Shown piece after piece: positions 38,033-47,060 of a DNA stretch of 64,000 nt (position 1 is the stretch's first letter; the number at the start of each line of letters is the position of its first letter). The notes below the pieces were generated by a model that searched no databases, was not told where the DNA came from, and saw only the letters and a program-made list of their open reading frames with translations. The stretch is from positions 38,565-102,564 of the forward strand of contig JASKLF010000002.1 of assembly GCA_030153785.1 (NCBI GenBank), written 5' to 3'. This DNA is from a bacterium (GTDB taxonomy: Bacteria > Synergistota > GBS-1). Made by a program: the position numbers and the translations under genes.

Positions 38033-39787
38033 TTAAATCAGCTTTACCTCGCCCTCATAAACTACTCCCCTCTCCGCATCTACGGAAATTACCATCCCAT
38101 CCCTAATTTTATTGAGTGCGCCCTCAGCCCCCACTATAACGGGTATCCCGTATTGAAGTCCAACAATTGCAGCATGTGATGAAAGCCCTCCTTCCTCAGC
38201 CACTATACCAGAAACCCTATCCATCACAGGAATATAATCTTTATCGGTCTCCCTAACTACAAGAATACAGTTCTCTTCAGCCCGGCAAATAGCATCCTCC
38301 GCACGAGGAGCAAGCACAGCTTTACCTATCACCTTAGCCTTGCCAATACCTATGCCTTTTACAAGAATCTTAGCTACGACATGAACCTTTATTAGATTAG
38401 TAGTTCCAGGGATTCCAACAGGCACACCCGCGGTTAATACAACTACGTCACCTTCCTTGATATACCCGCTTTCTAAGGCTTTATTCACGCTCAACTCAAG
38501 GAGCTTGTCTGTGCTTCTCACATCTTCAACCATTAGCGGGTATACTCCCCACGTTAAAACCAACTCCCTTAAAGTCCTTCGAGAAGGTGTCGTAGCTATT
38601 ATTGGACAGTTAGGCCTATACTCCGCCACCATTCTTGCTGTAGAACCAGACTGAGTTGCCGTTATTATGGCAGATGCACCAAGGTCTCGCGCTATAGTGC
38701 AAGAAGCATGACTAACTGCATCGGGAATAGAAAGACTTATGTAAACCGACGGGTTACCTCCGTTTTTAAGTATTTCTTCCTCGGTCTTTTCTATTATCCT
38801 TCTCATAATCTTAACGGACTCAACAGGATACTTTCCTTTCGCTGTTTCCCCAGAGAGCATCACTGCATCAGCGCCATCAAAAATTGCATTGGCCACATCA
38901 TTAGCTTCTGCCCTTGTAGGTCTCGGGTTATATATCATCGTCTCAAGCATCTGAGTAGCCACTATGACAGGCTTGCCAACCTTTTTACAGCTATTGATGA
39001 ACCTTTTTTGAAGCAATGGAACTTCCTCGGTAGGTAATTCTACCCCCAAATCACCCCTCGCCACCATTATTCCATCGGATACATTTAATATTTCCTCGAA
39101 GTTTTGAACCGCTTGCCGGGTCTCTATCTTAGCTATTATCTTGGTGTTTCCCCCTGCCTCCTCTATTACCTTTCTAACTTCGATTAAATCACTTGCCTTT
39201 CTAACGAAAGAAATAGCAAACCAATCAACTTCCTTTTCAACACCCCATTTTATGTCTTGTATATCTTTATCCGAAAGAGCCGGTAATGAAATATCCACAC
39301 CAGGAACATTAACCCCTTTATTCTCAGACAACTCCCCTCCTACAACAACTTTACAATATATATCTTGTCCCTTCACTTCAAGGACTTCCAAGTCTATCTT
39401 TCCATCATCAATGAGGATGTGGTCCCCAGGTTTAACATCCCTATAGAGGTCTGGAAAAGAAATAGACACCCTCTTTTCGTCACCCTCTACATCTTCCGGC
39501 GTCAAGATGAAAAGCTCTCCCTCTTTTAGAAATACACTCTTCTCCCTTAATCTACCGGTCCTTATCTCTGGTCCCTTCGTATCCAGCATAACCGCCAATG
39601 GAATACCTAAACGTTCTTCGACCTCCCTAACCATTTTCAGCGATCTCTCGTGACTCTCATAGGTCCCGTGAGAAAAATTCAGCCTCGCAACATTCATTCC
39701 TTCCCTGACCATCTTTTCAAGAATAGATTCGCTGTTTGACGCCGGACCAAGAGTGGCTATTATTTTTGTCCTTTTAAGGCAAGCCAC
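38033..39787 (-). CDS. pyk: Pyruvate kinase with C-terminal PEP-utilizer mobile domain
   Basis: 584 aa. Motifs are TKIIATLGPAS, MVARGDLGVE, and a C-terminal GGLSSHAAIVG phospho-His-type domain as in Bacillus/Geobacillus Pyk. GTG start. Confidence 0.92.
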   Translation of the reverse strand: MACLKRTKIIATLGPASNSESILEKMVREGMNVARLNFSHGTYESHERSLKMVREVEERLGIPLAVMLDTKGPEIRTGRLREKSVFLKEGELFILTPEDVEGDEKRVSISFPDLYRDVKPGDHILIDDGKIDLEVLEVKGQDIYCKVVVGGELSENKGVNVPGVDISLPALSDKDIQDIKWGVEKEVDWFAISFVRKASDLIEVRKVIEEAGGNTKIIAKIETRQAVQNFEEILNVSDGIMVARGDLGVELPTEEVPLLQKRFINSCKKVGKPVIVATQMLETMIYNPRPTRAEANDVANAIFDGADAVMLSGETAKGKYPVESVKIMRRIIEKTEEEILKNGGNPSVYISLSIPDAVSHASCTIARDLGASAIITATQSGSTARMVAEYRPNCPIIATTPSRRTLRELVLTWGVYPLMVEDVRSTDKLLELSVNKALESGYIKEGDVVVLTAGVPVGIPGTTNLIKVHVVAKILVKGIGIGKAKVIGKAVLAPRAEDAICRAEENCILVVRETDKDYIPVMDRVSGIVAEEGGLSSHAAIVGLQYGIPVIVGAEGALNKIRDGMVISVDAERGVVYEGEVKLI

Positions 39788-39800
39788 TACCCCCCACCCC

Positions 39801-40772
39801 CTAAATACTAAGTATATCGGCCAGCTTATAAAGCTCCATATCTATTTCCTTCTTTACTTCCCAAGAATACGGTAGGTCATAAACGGAAATTCCACCTTTC
39901 TCCCAACCTACTACCTTCCCTTCCACACCCTCCATAAGAAGCTCGACGGCTTTTGCCCCAAGACGGCTAGCAAGTATTCTATCAAAGGCTGTTGGAGACC
40001 CACCTCTCTGAAGGTGACCTAAAACCACAACCCTAACCTCGTAACCCGACTTATCCAATATTTGATCCCTTATCTGAGACGCAGAGGCCACTCCCTCAGC
40101 GACTATTATAATGCTATGCGTCTTTCCTCTTTGATGTCCTCTCCGCAATTTTGCGCATACTTCCTCAATATCATAAGGGACCTCTGGAATAAGTATAGAC
40201 TCTGCACCACTTGCTACTCCTGCCATAAGAGCTATGTAGCCCGATTTCCTCCCCATGACCTCAACTATAAACATCCGCTCATGAGAAGAAGCCGTATCCC
40301 TCAATCTATTAACAGCTTCAACAGCAATATTAACTGCTGTATCAAACCCTATAGTATAATCTGTTCCCGCTATGTCGTTATCTATCGTTCCAGGAACACC
40401 TATAGTTGGTATTCCTCTCTTGTTAAGTTCCCATGCCCCTTTAAAAGATCCCTCTCCACCTATAACAACCAAGCCCTCTATTCCTGCATCGTTAAGTCGC
40501 TTCACTGCCTCATTTATCCCTTCCTCAGTTTTAAACTTCTCGGAACGAGCAGTCTGAAGTATCGTCCCACCTCTCTGAAGTATCCCCCCTACATCACCAA
40601 GATTTAACTTTACAAAGTCTCCCTCCATTAAACCCAGAAAACCCCTTTTTATACCAATAACTTCAAGGTTATTATAAATGGCAGTTCTTGTAACCGCTCT
40701 TATAGCTGCGTTCATCCCAGGTGCGTCTCCACCGCTTGTCAACACTCCTATCCTTCTAATCTTCACCGACAC
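39801..40772 (-). CDS. pfkA: ATP-dependent 6-phosphofructokinase (classical PfkA)
   Basis: 323 aa. Motifs are [24 protein letters not shown] and GVPGTIDND (Gly at the ATP-type position). The start is GTG 40772 or GTG 40766, and either overlaps the mtrB stop. Confidence 0.92.
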   Translation of the reverse strand: MSVKIRRIGVLTSGGDAPGMNAAIRAVTRTAIYNNLEVIGIKRGFLGLMEGDFVKLNLGDVGGILQRGGTILQTARSEKFKTEEGINEAVKRLNDAGIEGLVVIGGEGSFKGAWELNKRGIPTIGVPGTIDNDIAGTDYTIGFDTAVNIAVEAVNRLRDTASSHERMFIVEVMGRKSGYIALMAGVASGAESILIPEVPYDIEEVCAKLRRGHQRGKTHSIIIVAEGVASASQIRDQILDKSGYEVRVVVLGHLQRGGSPTAFDRILASRLGAKAVELLMEGVEGKVVGWEKGGISVYDLPYSWEVKKEIDMELYKLADILSI

Positions 40773-40998
40773 CCGCCATCACCGTTCCATGCCTGCAAAC
40801 TATCTTAGCCTTACCTCTCACTTTTATAGCAGATGTATGCATTGTAAACTGAGCAATCAGAACTTCACCTTTGTCAAGCTTCTCGGTATGATGAAATTTA
40901 GTTTCCTCTCCTCTCGTAAGCCCTATTACAGAAACGCCGTTTTCTAAAGCTTTGACTACTATAAAATCAGCCAACACTACACTTTCATCTTTCATCAC
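40756..40998 (-). CDS. mtrB: trp RNA-binding attenuation protein (TRAP) homologue
   Basis: 80 aa. [56 protein letters not shown] is near-identical in pattern to B. subtilis MtrB as I recall it ([56 protein letters not shown]). The GLTRG / HTS Trp-pocket residues and the E-K-x-D / K-x-R RNA-contact residues are included. The start is GTG 40998 or ATG 40995, with a GAGGGGGG SD. Confidence 0.85.
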   Translation of the reverse strand: MMKDESVVLADFIVVKALENGVSVIGLTRGEETKFHHTEKLDKGEVLIAQFTMHTSAIKVRGKAKIVCRHGTVMAGVGED

Positions 40999-41010
40999 TG
41001 TCCCCCCTCT

Positions 41011-44000
41011 CTAAAACTTAACTGATACTTCACCTTTGCTAAAAATCTTTTGAATTTCCTCCTTCAGCTTCTCTGAAGGAGAAACCCTGTACCTAGAGCT
41101 CAAGTCAAGAACCACTCTGCTATAAGTATCCTTCACCTCTATAAGAACCCTACTTTTCCCACTATATTTCCTTAGCAGTTCTTCCAGTTCAAAAAGCTTC
41201 TCCCTATCTAAAAGGTCGATATCAACAGAAATCCAAAGGCAAGGATTAAAGTGCTTAGAAGCCTCCTCAATTGGGACTACCTTAGAAGCCACAACCCTGA
41301 TTCTATCTCCACTCTTATCCACATTCCCCTCAACAAGTATAACCTTCCCCTTTTTAAGAAGTTCCTCATTAACCCCTTCAAGTTTAGGAAAAACAACCAC
41401 ATCAATTGTTCCATCGAAGTCCTCAAGAGTTACAAGCAAGGCACTCCTCCTTTTGGCAACCTTGCTTACCATTCCCCCTACTATTACATTTCTATCTCCC
41501 TTAATAGAAAGCAACCTCTTGCTTGTTACAGTCACATACCTGAAAAACTCGTCAGCACATAAATCCAGAGGATGACAAGTTATATAAAAACCAGTAACTT
41601 CTTCCTCCCACGACAAAATTTCCTCTATGCCTGGTTCAGGAACACAGTTAAAATCGAAATCAAACATGGACTTTTGAAACAGGCCTTCCTCCTCCGCCAT
41701 AGATAAAACCTTAGGAAGCATCTTAAGTTTTTGACTCCTCGAGCCGGGTAGAGAATCAAAAGCTCCCGCTTTTATTAAACTTTCTATAACCCTACTGTTA
41801 ACAACCTTTAAGTTGACTCTCTTGCAAAAGTCTTCAAGACTTAAAAACTTCCCACCTTCTTCACGTGCCCTTATTATCTCGGAAATAGCGCTTTCCCCAA
41901 CATTCTTAACTGCAGCAAGTCCAAACCTTATTCCGTCTCCAACTACCTTGAAGCCCACATCACTTTCATTTACATCTGGAGGGAAAATTTTTATTCCCTT
42001 TTTTCTTGCCTCTCTTATGTAAAAGCCTATCTCATCTACCTTGTTCATCTTGCTAGAAAGCAAAGCTGCCATAAACTCGACAGGGTAATGAGCCTTAAGA
42101 TAAGCTGTTTGATAAGACAAAAGAGCGTAAGCTGCACTGTGAGATTTGTTAAATCCGTATCCAGCAAAATATTCCATTAAATCAAAAATCCTTTCTGCAT
42201 CAACCTTGCTTATACCCCTCTCAACGGCTCTTTTTACAAAATCATCCCTCACCTGAATCATTATCTCCGCTTCCTTTTTCCCCATGGCGCGCCTAAGAAG
42301 ATCAGCCTCTCCCAAAGAAAAGCCAGCCAAAATAGAAGCTATCTGCATAACCTGTTCTTGATATAAAATAACCCCATAAGTTTCTTTAAGCACCCCTTCA
42401 AGCTTTGGATGAGGATATATAACTGGTGAAACTCCATGCTTCCTTTGAATATAGTCATCCACCATGCCGCTTCCCAAAGGCCCCGGTCTATATAAAGCTA
42501 AAACTGCAATTAAATCTTCAAAACAATTAGGTTTGAGCCTCTGAAGAAGCCTTCTCATTCCTTCACTTTCAAGCTGAAACACACCAGTAGTATCACCGCT
42601 TTGAAGGAGTTCATAAGTCTTTTCATCATCGAGGGGAATCTCATCTATATCTATGGATATACCTCTACTCTTTTTAACGTTTTCAACCACATCGCTTACC
42701 ATAGTTAAGGTTCTTAAACCAAGAAAATCTACCTTCAAAAGACCAAGTTTCTCAAGAGGTTTCATGGAATACTGTGTAACCACTGAACCATCAGACATCC
42801 TCTGAAGAGGGGTAAACTCCGTCAAAGGTGCAGGGGCAACAATTACACCTGCAGCATGCTGGGAAGCATGTCTGGGTAGCCCTTCAATCCTTCGTGCTGC
42901 CTCTACTAGTCTGGCCACTTGAGGATCCCCCTTAACTAACCTCGCCAGCTCAGGGCTTTCCGAAAGGGCATCTTCTATCGTAACCTTTGGGCCAGGAGGA
43001 ACGAGCTTTGCTATTTTATCAACCTCTTTATAAGGCAGGCCTAAAACTCTTCCTACATCCCTTATAGCTCCCCTTGCAGCCATTGTTCCAAAGGTTATAA
43101 TATGCGCCACCCTATCCTCCCCATATTTTTGTCGGACATAGTTTATAATTTCATCCCTTCTTCTATCACAGAAATCCACATCTATATCCGGAGGAGAAAT
43201 TCTTTCTGGATTTAGAAACCTTTCAAACAAAAGCCCATACTGAAGAGGGTTAAGATTCGTTATCCCAAGAAGATAAGCAACAAGGCTACCTGCAGCCGAA
43301 CCTCTACCAGGACCAACAGGAATCCCAACGCTCTTTGCATAACGAATAAAATCGGAAACTATGAGAAAGTATCCAGAATATCCTGTTCTCTTTATAACCT
43401 CAAGTTCATAGTTCATCCTATCAATTACTTCCGAAGGAGGATTCTCTCCAAACTTCTCTCTTAATCCTTCGTTGCAAAGATATACTAAATAGCCATGAAG
43501 ATCATATCCTTCTGGAACATCATAGTGAGGTAAATGAAGCTTTCCAAATTGGAGATTAACTTCGCACATTTCAGCTATCTTGAGAGTATTATCCAAGCTC
43601 TCAGGAAGATCCTTAAAATCCCTTTCCATCTCCTCGGCACTTTTAAAATAAAACTCATCGGTGGGAAACTTTAACCTGTTTTCATCGGTCAAGCTGGAAT
43701 TTGTTTGAACACATAAGAGAATATCATGCCAAAAGGCATCATCCCTATTTAAATAATGGACATCGTTTGTTGCAACAAGAGGAATGCCTGTTCTCTTGCT
43801 TAAAGCAACTAATCCTTTATTTGCAATGTCTTGCTGAGGCATCCCGTTCTTCTGAACCTCTAAAAAAAAGCTATCTTTACCAAAAATATCCCTGTATTCT
43901 AAAGCAACTCTTTCAGCCTCTTCATGCCTTCCTAAAAGAATTAGAGATGGAACCTCACCCGCAATGCAACCGCTTAAAGCTATCAAGCCTTCACTATATT

Positions 44001-44376
44001 CACTTAAAATTCTTTTATCTACCCGCGGTTTATAATAAAAGCCTTCCAAATGAGACAGGGTAACAAGTTTCATAAGATTTTTATACCCCTTTTCGTTTTT
44101 AGCTAGTAGGGTCAAGTGGTAAAGAATTTGATTTTTATTGCCTTTCTTAGTATATTCCTCTGGAGTTATGTAAACTTCACAACCTATGATAGGTTTAACC
44201 CCTTCAGAAACGCAAGCTTCATAGAAGTCTATGACTCCATAAAGAACTCCATGGTCAGTTATCGCCACCGCTGGCATGTTCTCCTCCTTGGCCTTTTTAA
44301 CGAGCTCCTTTACCCTACAGGAACCGTCAAGCAAACTATATTCACTGTGAACGTGAAGATGAACAAATCCTCTCAT
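41011..44376 (-). CDS. dnaE: DNA polymerase III alpha subunit
   Basis: PHP domain start is FVHLHVHSEYSLLDG, with polymerase core and OB-fold regions. I prefer ATG 44376, which forms an ATGA overlap with the stop of the upstream gene, over the track start at 44403. Confidence 0.93.
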   Translation of the reverse strand: MRGFVHLHVHSEYSLLDGSCRVKELVKKAKEENMPAVAITDHGVLYGVIDFYEACVSEGVKPIIGCEVYITPEEYTKKGNKNQILYHLTLLAKNEKGYKNLMKLVTLSHLEGFYYKPRVDKRILSEYSEGLIALSGCIAGEVPSLILLGRHEEAERVALEYRDIFGKDSFFLEVQKNGMPQQDIANKGLVALSKRTGIPLVATNDVHYLNRDDAFWHDILLCVQTNSSLTDENRLKFPTDEFYFKSAEEMERDFKDLPESLDNTLKIAEMCEVNLQFGKLHLPHYDVPEGYDLHGYLVYLCNEGLREKFGENPPSEVIDRMNYELEVIKRTGYSGYFLIVSDFIRYAKSVGIPVGPGRGSAAGSLVAYLLGITNLNPLQYGLLFERFLNPERISPPDIDVDFCDRRRDEIINYVRQKYGEDRVAHIITFGTMAARGAIRDVGRVLGLPYKEVDKIAKLVPPGPKVTIEDALSESPELARLVKGDPQVARLVEAARRIEGLPRHASQHAAGVIVAPAPLTEFTPLQRMSDGSVVTQYSMKPLEKLGLLKVDFLGLRTLTMVSDVVENVKKSRGISIDIDEIPLDDEKTYELLQSGDTTGVFQLESEGMRRLLQRLKPNCFEDLIAVLALYRPGPLGSGMVDDYIQRKHGVSPVIYPHPKLEGVLKETYGVILYQEQVMQIASILAGFSLGEADLLRRAMGKKEAEIMIQVRDDFVKRAVERGISKVDAERIFDLMEYFAGYGFNKSHSAAYALLSYQTAYLKAHYPVEFMAALLSSKMNKVDEIGFYIREARKKGIKIFPPDVNESDVGFKVVGDGIRFGLAAVKNVGESAISEIIRAREEGGKFLSLEDFCKRVNLKVVNSRVIESLIKAGAFDSLPGSRSQKLKMLPKVLSMAEEEGLFQKSMFDFDFNCVPEPGIEEILSWEEEVTGFYITCHPLDLCADEFFRYVTVTSKRLLSIKGDRNVIVGGMVSKVAKRRSALLVTLEDFDGTIDVVVFPKLEGVNEELLKKGKVILVEGNVDKSGDRIRVVASKVVPIEEASKHFNPCLWISVDIDLLDREKLFELEELLRKYSGKSRVLIEVKDTYSRVVLDLSSRYRVSPSEKLKEEIQKIFSKGEVSVKF

Positions 44377-45368
44377 GTCTCTTCTCCCAATCCCCTCCAC
44401 CAATTATCAAGTATCTTCATTATTTCCTCTTTCGTTAGAAACCTCTCTTCCACAAAAACAGCAGGTTCACCCTGCTTATCCGAAAGTATATAAAAATCCC
44501 CCAATTCCCTCAATCGCAGGGCCTCCTCATCGGAAAAAAGCTTTTCATCAATTTTCTCTCCAAGCTGTGCTCCTATAACCTCTATCTTTATATCTCTCGG
44601 TGAAAAACCAAACTTAGGCGCAAAAAACTCAATCATTGCCTCAGCCAAGTCACATATCCAAACCTTAGGCATCTTTAAAATAAACACCTCTTCCCCCTTT
44701 GTCAAAAAAGCTGCTTCAAGGACAAGATTCACCGCATCAGAAATGGTCATCATATAGCGCCTCATAGAAGGATGAGTCAGTGTCAGAGGCCCTCCTCTTC
44801 TAATTTGAGAAAGAAACTTAGGGATAACAGAACCACGAGAGCCTAAAACGTTGCCAAACCTAACTACAGAAAACACAGAGTCTCTTTTGCCTTTATAGCG
44901 ATTAGCAGAAAGAGTTAGCTTCTCTGCTAAAAGCTTAGATGCACCAAGAGTGTTCGTCGGATTAACCGCCTTATCCGAGCTAATAGTTATAAAAACAGAG
45001 ACCTCTTTCTCTATAGAGACCTCTATCAGATTTTGGGTTCCCACAACGTTCGTCTTTACACTCTCAAAAGGATTATACTCACAAAAAGTCACATGCTTTA
45101 AAGCCGCTGCGTGGAAAACTATATCTATATCTTCAAGAGCCCACCTAAGTCTTTCTTTATCTCTTATGTCTCCAAGTAAATATCTAACCCTCTTATCCTC
45201 GCCTATCCGTTCTTTCAATTCAAAAAGTTTATGCTCGTCTCTTGAAAGCACCCTTATAACCTGTGGATTAAACCTGAGAAGTTGAAAAACTATCTCTCTT
45301 CCTATGGAACCCGTGCCCCCACTAACTAATATTCTTTTCCCTTCAAAAAAGCTTTCAAGATTCTTCAT
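44373..45368 (-). CDS. CapD/PseB-like NAD-dependent nucleotide-sugar 4,6-dehydratase (polysaccharide biosynthesis protein family)
   Basis: Rossmann motif is VSGGTGSIG, and the GASK(L/R)LAE active-site context is typical of the CapD/FlaA1 family. The start is ATG 45368 (alternative TTG 45380), inside the dnaX 3' end. Confidence 0.7.
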   Translation of the reverse strand: MKNLESFFEGKRILVSGGTGSIGREIVFQLLRFNPQVIRVLSRDEHKLFELKERIGEDKRVRYLLGDIRDKERLRWALEDIDIVFHAAALKHVTFCEYNPFESVKTNVVGTQNLIEVSIEKEVSVFITISSDKAVNPTNTLGASKLLAEKLTLSANRYKGKRDSVFSVVRFGNVLGSRGSVIPKFLSQIRRGGPLTLTHPSMRRYMMTISDAVNLVLEAAFLTKGEEVFILKMPKVWICDLAEAMIEFFAPKFGFSPRDIKIEVIGAQLGEKIDEKLFSDEEALRLRELGDFYILSDKQGEPAVFVEERFLTKEEIMKILDNWWRGLGEET

Positions 45369-46962
45369 CTTCTTCACCAATCTCCCTTTCTATTTCGACT
45401 ATGTCGCCACCGAACAGCTTCAAGATAGTTTGAAATGTCGGATGTTCGAGAATATCCTTCGAGGACTCCCCTTTCTCTTCCTCCGAATCCACTTTTTGCT
45501 CTTCTCTATCCGGCACAGTAAGTGTAACCTCTATCTCCATATCTTTCCCAAATACCTCTTTCAAGACATCCTTCAAAATCGCCATATTTTCAGGTCTTCT
45601 TATCTGCTCATAGTGAAATCTGAGCTCAGAGGGATACTCTATCCGAAGCTTCCCATCCCTAATAGAGCGGTCAGCCTCTAACATAAATGTGTAAAGTGAT
45701 ATTTTTCTTTCCTTCAACTTACTCAAAAATTCTTCCAGCTTCTCTAAATCATTCTTTTGAGTTCCTACATCTTTAGCAGTAACCTCTGTTTTAAGAACCT
45801 CCCTTTTGACCTTTCCTTCATCACTCCTGGCTTCATCTGTGGGGAAATCCCTTTTCTCCAAGGACAAAAGCTCCGAAGACATCTTTTTTTTCAGTTCCCA
45901 GAAAAACATTTCAAGTTCCCTAAATGGGGAACTACCCATACGAATCCTGTCCCCTCTTCTCTCTACAATATTCAGGATACTCCACAAGACATCTTCATCC
46001 CAATGTTTACTCTCCGTATGATAAAACTCCCTTTCGCTAGCAGAAAGACCAAAAATCTCATCTGCTCGAGAAGATAATTTGAAAACCCAAATTCTCCTAA
46101 AGATTTCTCCTAAATCCTCGAAAAGATATGGAACCATAACCCCTCTCTCTTTTAAGGAATTAATCCACAAAAAGACTTCCTCCCATTTACCCTCCCTAAA
46201 GAGAGGGATCTTCTCCATAACCTCTGACCTTGAAAGTATTCCAAAATTCCTTTCAAGGGACTCTAAGGTTATTTCCCCACCAAAAGCCAAAAGCTGCTCC
46301 AAAAGTGAAATAGCATCCCTAAGAGAACCATCGGCACGTCTCGCTATCTCCCACAAAACATCCTGCAAAATCTCTATGTTTTCTTTCTCCAATATTTCTT
46401 CAAGTCTTTTAACCATATATTTGGGATCTATGGGTCTGAAAGCTAAAAATAGGCAGCGAGACCTGATAGTCAAAGGTAATTTGTGGGGTTCCGTTGTAGC
46501 TAAGATAAATATAACTCGTGGTGGGGGCTCTTCCAAAGTCTTAAGAAGAGCATTAAAGGCCTCCAGCGTTAACATATGGACCTCATCCACTATATATACT
46601 TTATATCTACCCTCCACAGGAGCTAGGTTTACCCTTTCCTTCAGGCCCCTAACCTCATCCACTCCCCTGTTAGAGGCTCCATCTATCTCAAGAACATCAA
46701 AAGAACTTCCATCTGTAATCTTTCTACAAGAAGAACATTCATTACACGGTTCTTCTGCCGGCCCTTTCTCGCAATTTAAGGCTTTAGCAAGTATTCTTGC
46801 GACAGAAGTCTTACCAACACCTCTTGGTCCCGCAAAAAGATATGCATGAGAGATGCGGTTCATTTTTACAGCGTTTTGAAGAATCTTTACCACTACCTCT
46901 TGTCCAACGACTTCAGCAAACTTCTGAGGTCTCCACTTCCTATAAAGAGAAAGGTAGCTCAT
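45355..46962 (-). CDS. dnaX: DNA polymerase III subunit tau/gamma
   Basis: 535 aa. Motifs are RP..F.EVVGQE, Walker A GPRGVGKTS, Zn module C.EC..C, DEVHML and the sensor region. Confidence 0.93.
   Translation of the reverse strand: MSYLSLYRKWRPQKFAEVVGQEVVVKILQNAVKMNRISHAYLFAGPRGVGKTSVARILAKALNCEKGPAEEPCNECSSCRKITDGSSFDVLEIDGASNRGVDEVRGLKERVNLAPVEGRYKVYIVDEVHMLTLEAFNALLKTLEEPPPRVIFILATTEPHKLPLTIRSRCLFLAFRPIDPKYMVKRLEEILEKENIEILQDVLWEIARRADGSLRDAISLLEQLLAFGGEITLESLERNFGILSRSEVMEKIPLFREGKWEEVFLWINSLKERGVMVPYLFEDLGEIFRRIWVFKLSSRADEIFGLSASEREFYHTESKHWDEDVLWSILNIVERRGDRIRMGSSPFRELEMFFWELKKKMSSELLSLEKRDFPTDEARSDEGKVKREVLKTEVTAKDVGTQKNDLEKLEEFLSKLKERKISLYTFMLEADRSIRDGKLRIEYPSELRFHYEQIRRPENMAILKDVLKEVFGKDMEIEVTLTVPDREEQKVDSEEEKGESSKDILEHPTFQTILKLFGGDIVEIEREIGEEDEES
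45883..45891 (-). other. Candidate recoding/slippage site in dnaX (A8-G; in-frame A AAA AAG)
   Basis: The minus strand reads CTG AAA AAA AAG ATG (codons 358-360 = KKK). The heptamer A AAA AAG is in the same phase as the E. coli dnaX frameshift site. The -1 frame terminates 16 codons later at TGA 45835-45833. Confidence 0.4.
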
Positions 46963-47060
46963 CCTTTATCCCTCCTCATTCATTATACTACACATTGGAT
47001 TTTTCCCCCAAATATGGTATCATTATTCTATCCAACAGGGTATCTGTGGGAGGTGATACT

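Noticed and set aside
46079-46849. 256-aa plus-strand ORF, plus other antisense ORFs of 100 aa or more inside rpoC, rpoB, dnaE, pfkA, buk and the transporters.
   Set aside because: These lie entirely inside well-supported genes on the opposite strand. Their Ser/Leu/Lys/Pro-rich shadow-frame composition and lack of SD or family resemblance are typical of antisense ORFs in AT-rich coding DNA.
46797-47060. N-terminal 88-codon extension of the repeat-protein ORF.
   Set aside because: The extension overlaps the dnaX 5' end antisense and crosses the intergenic region. The internal ATG 47061 has a GGAGGTG SD and yields a clean signal peptide.
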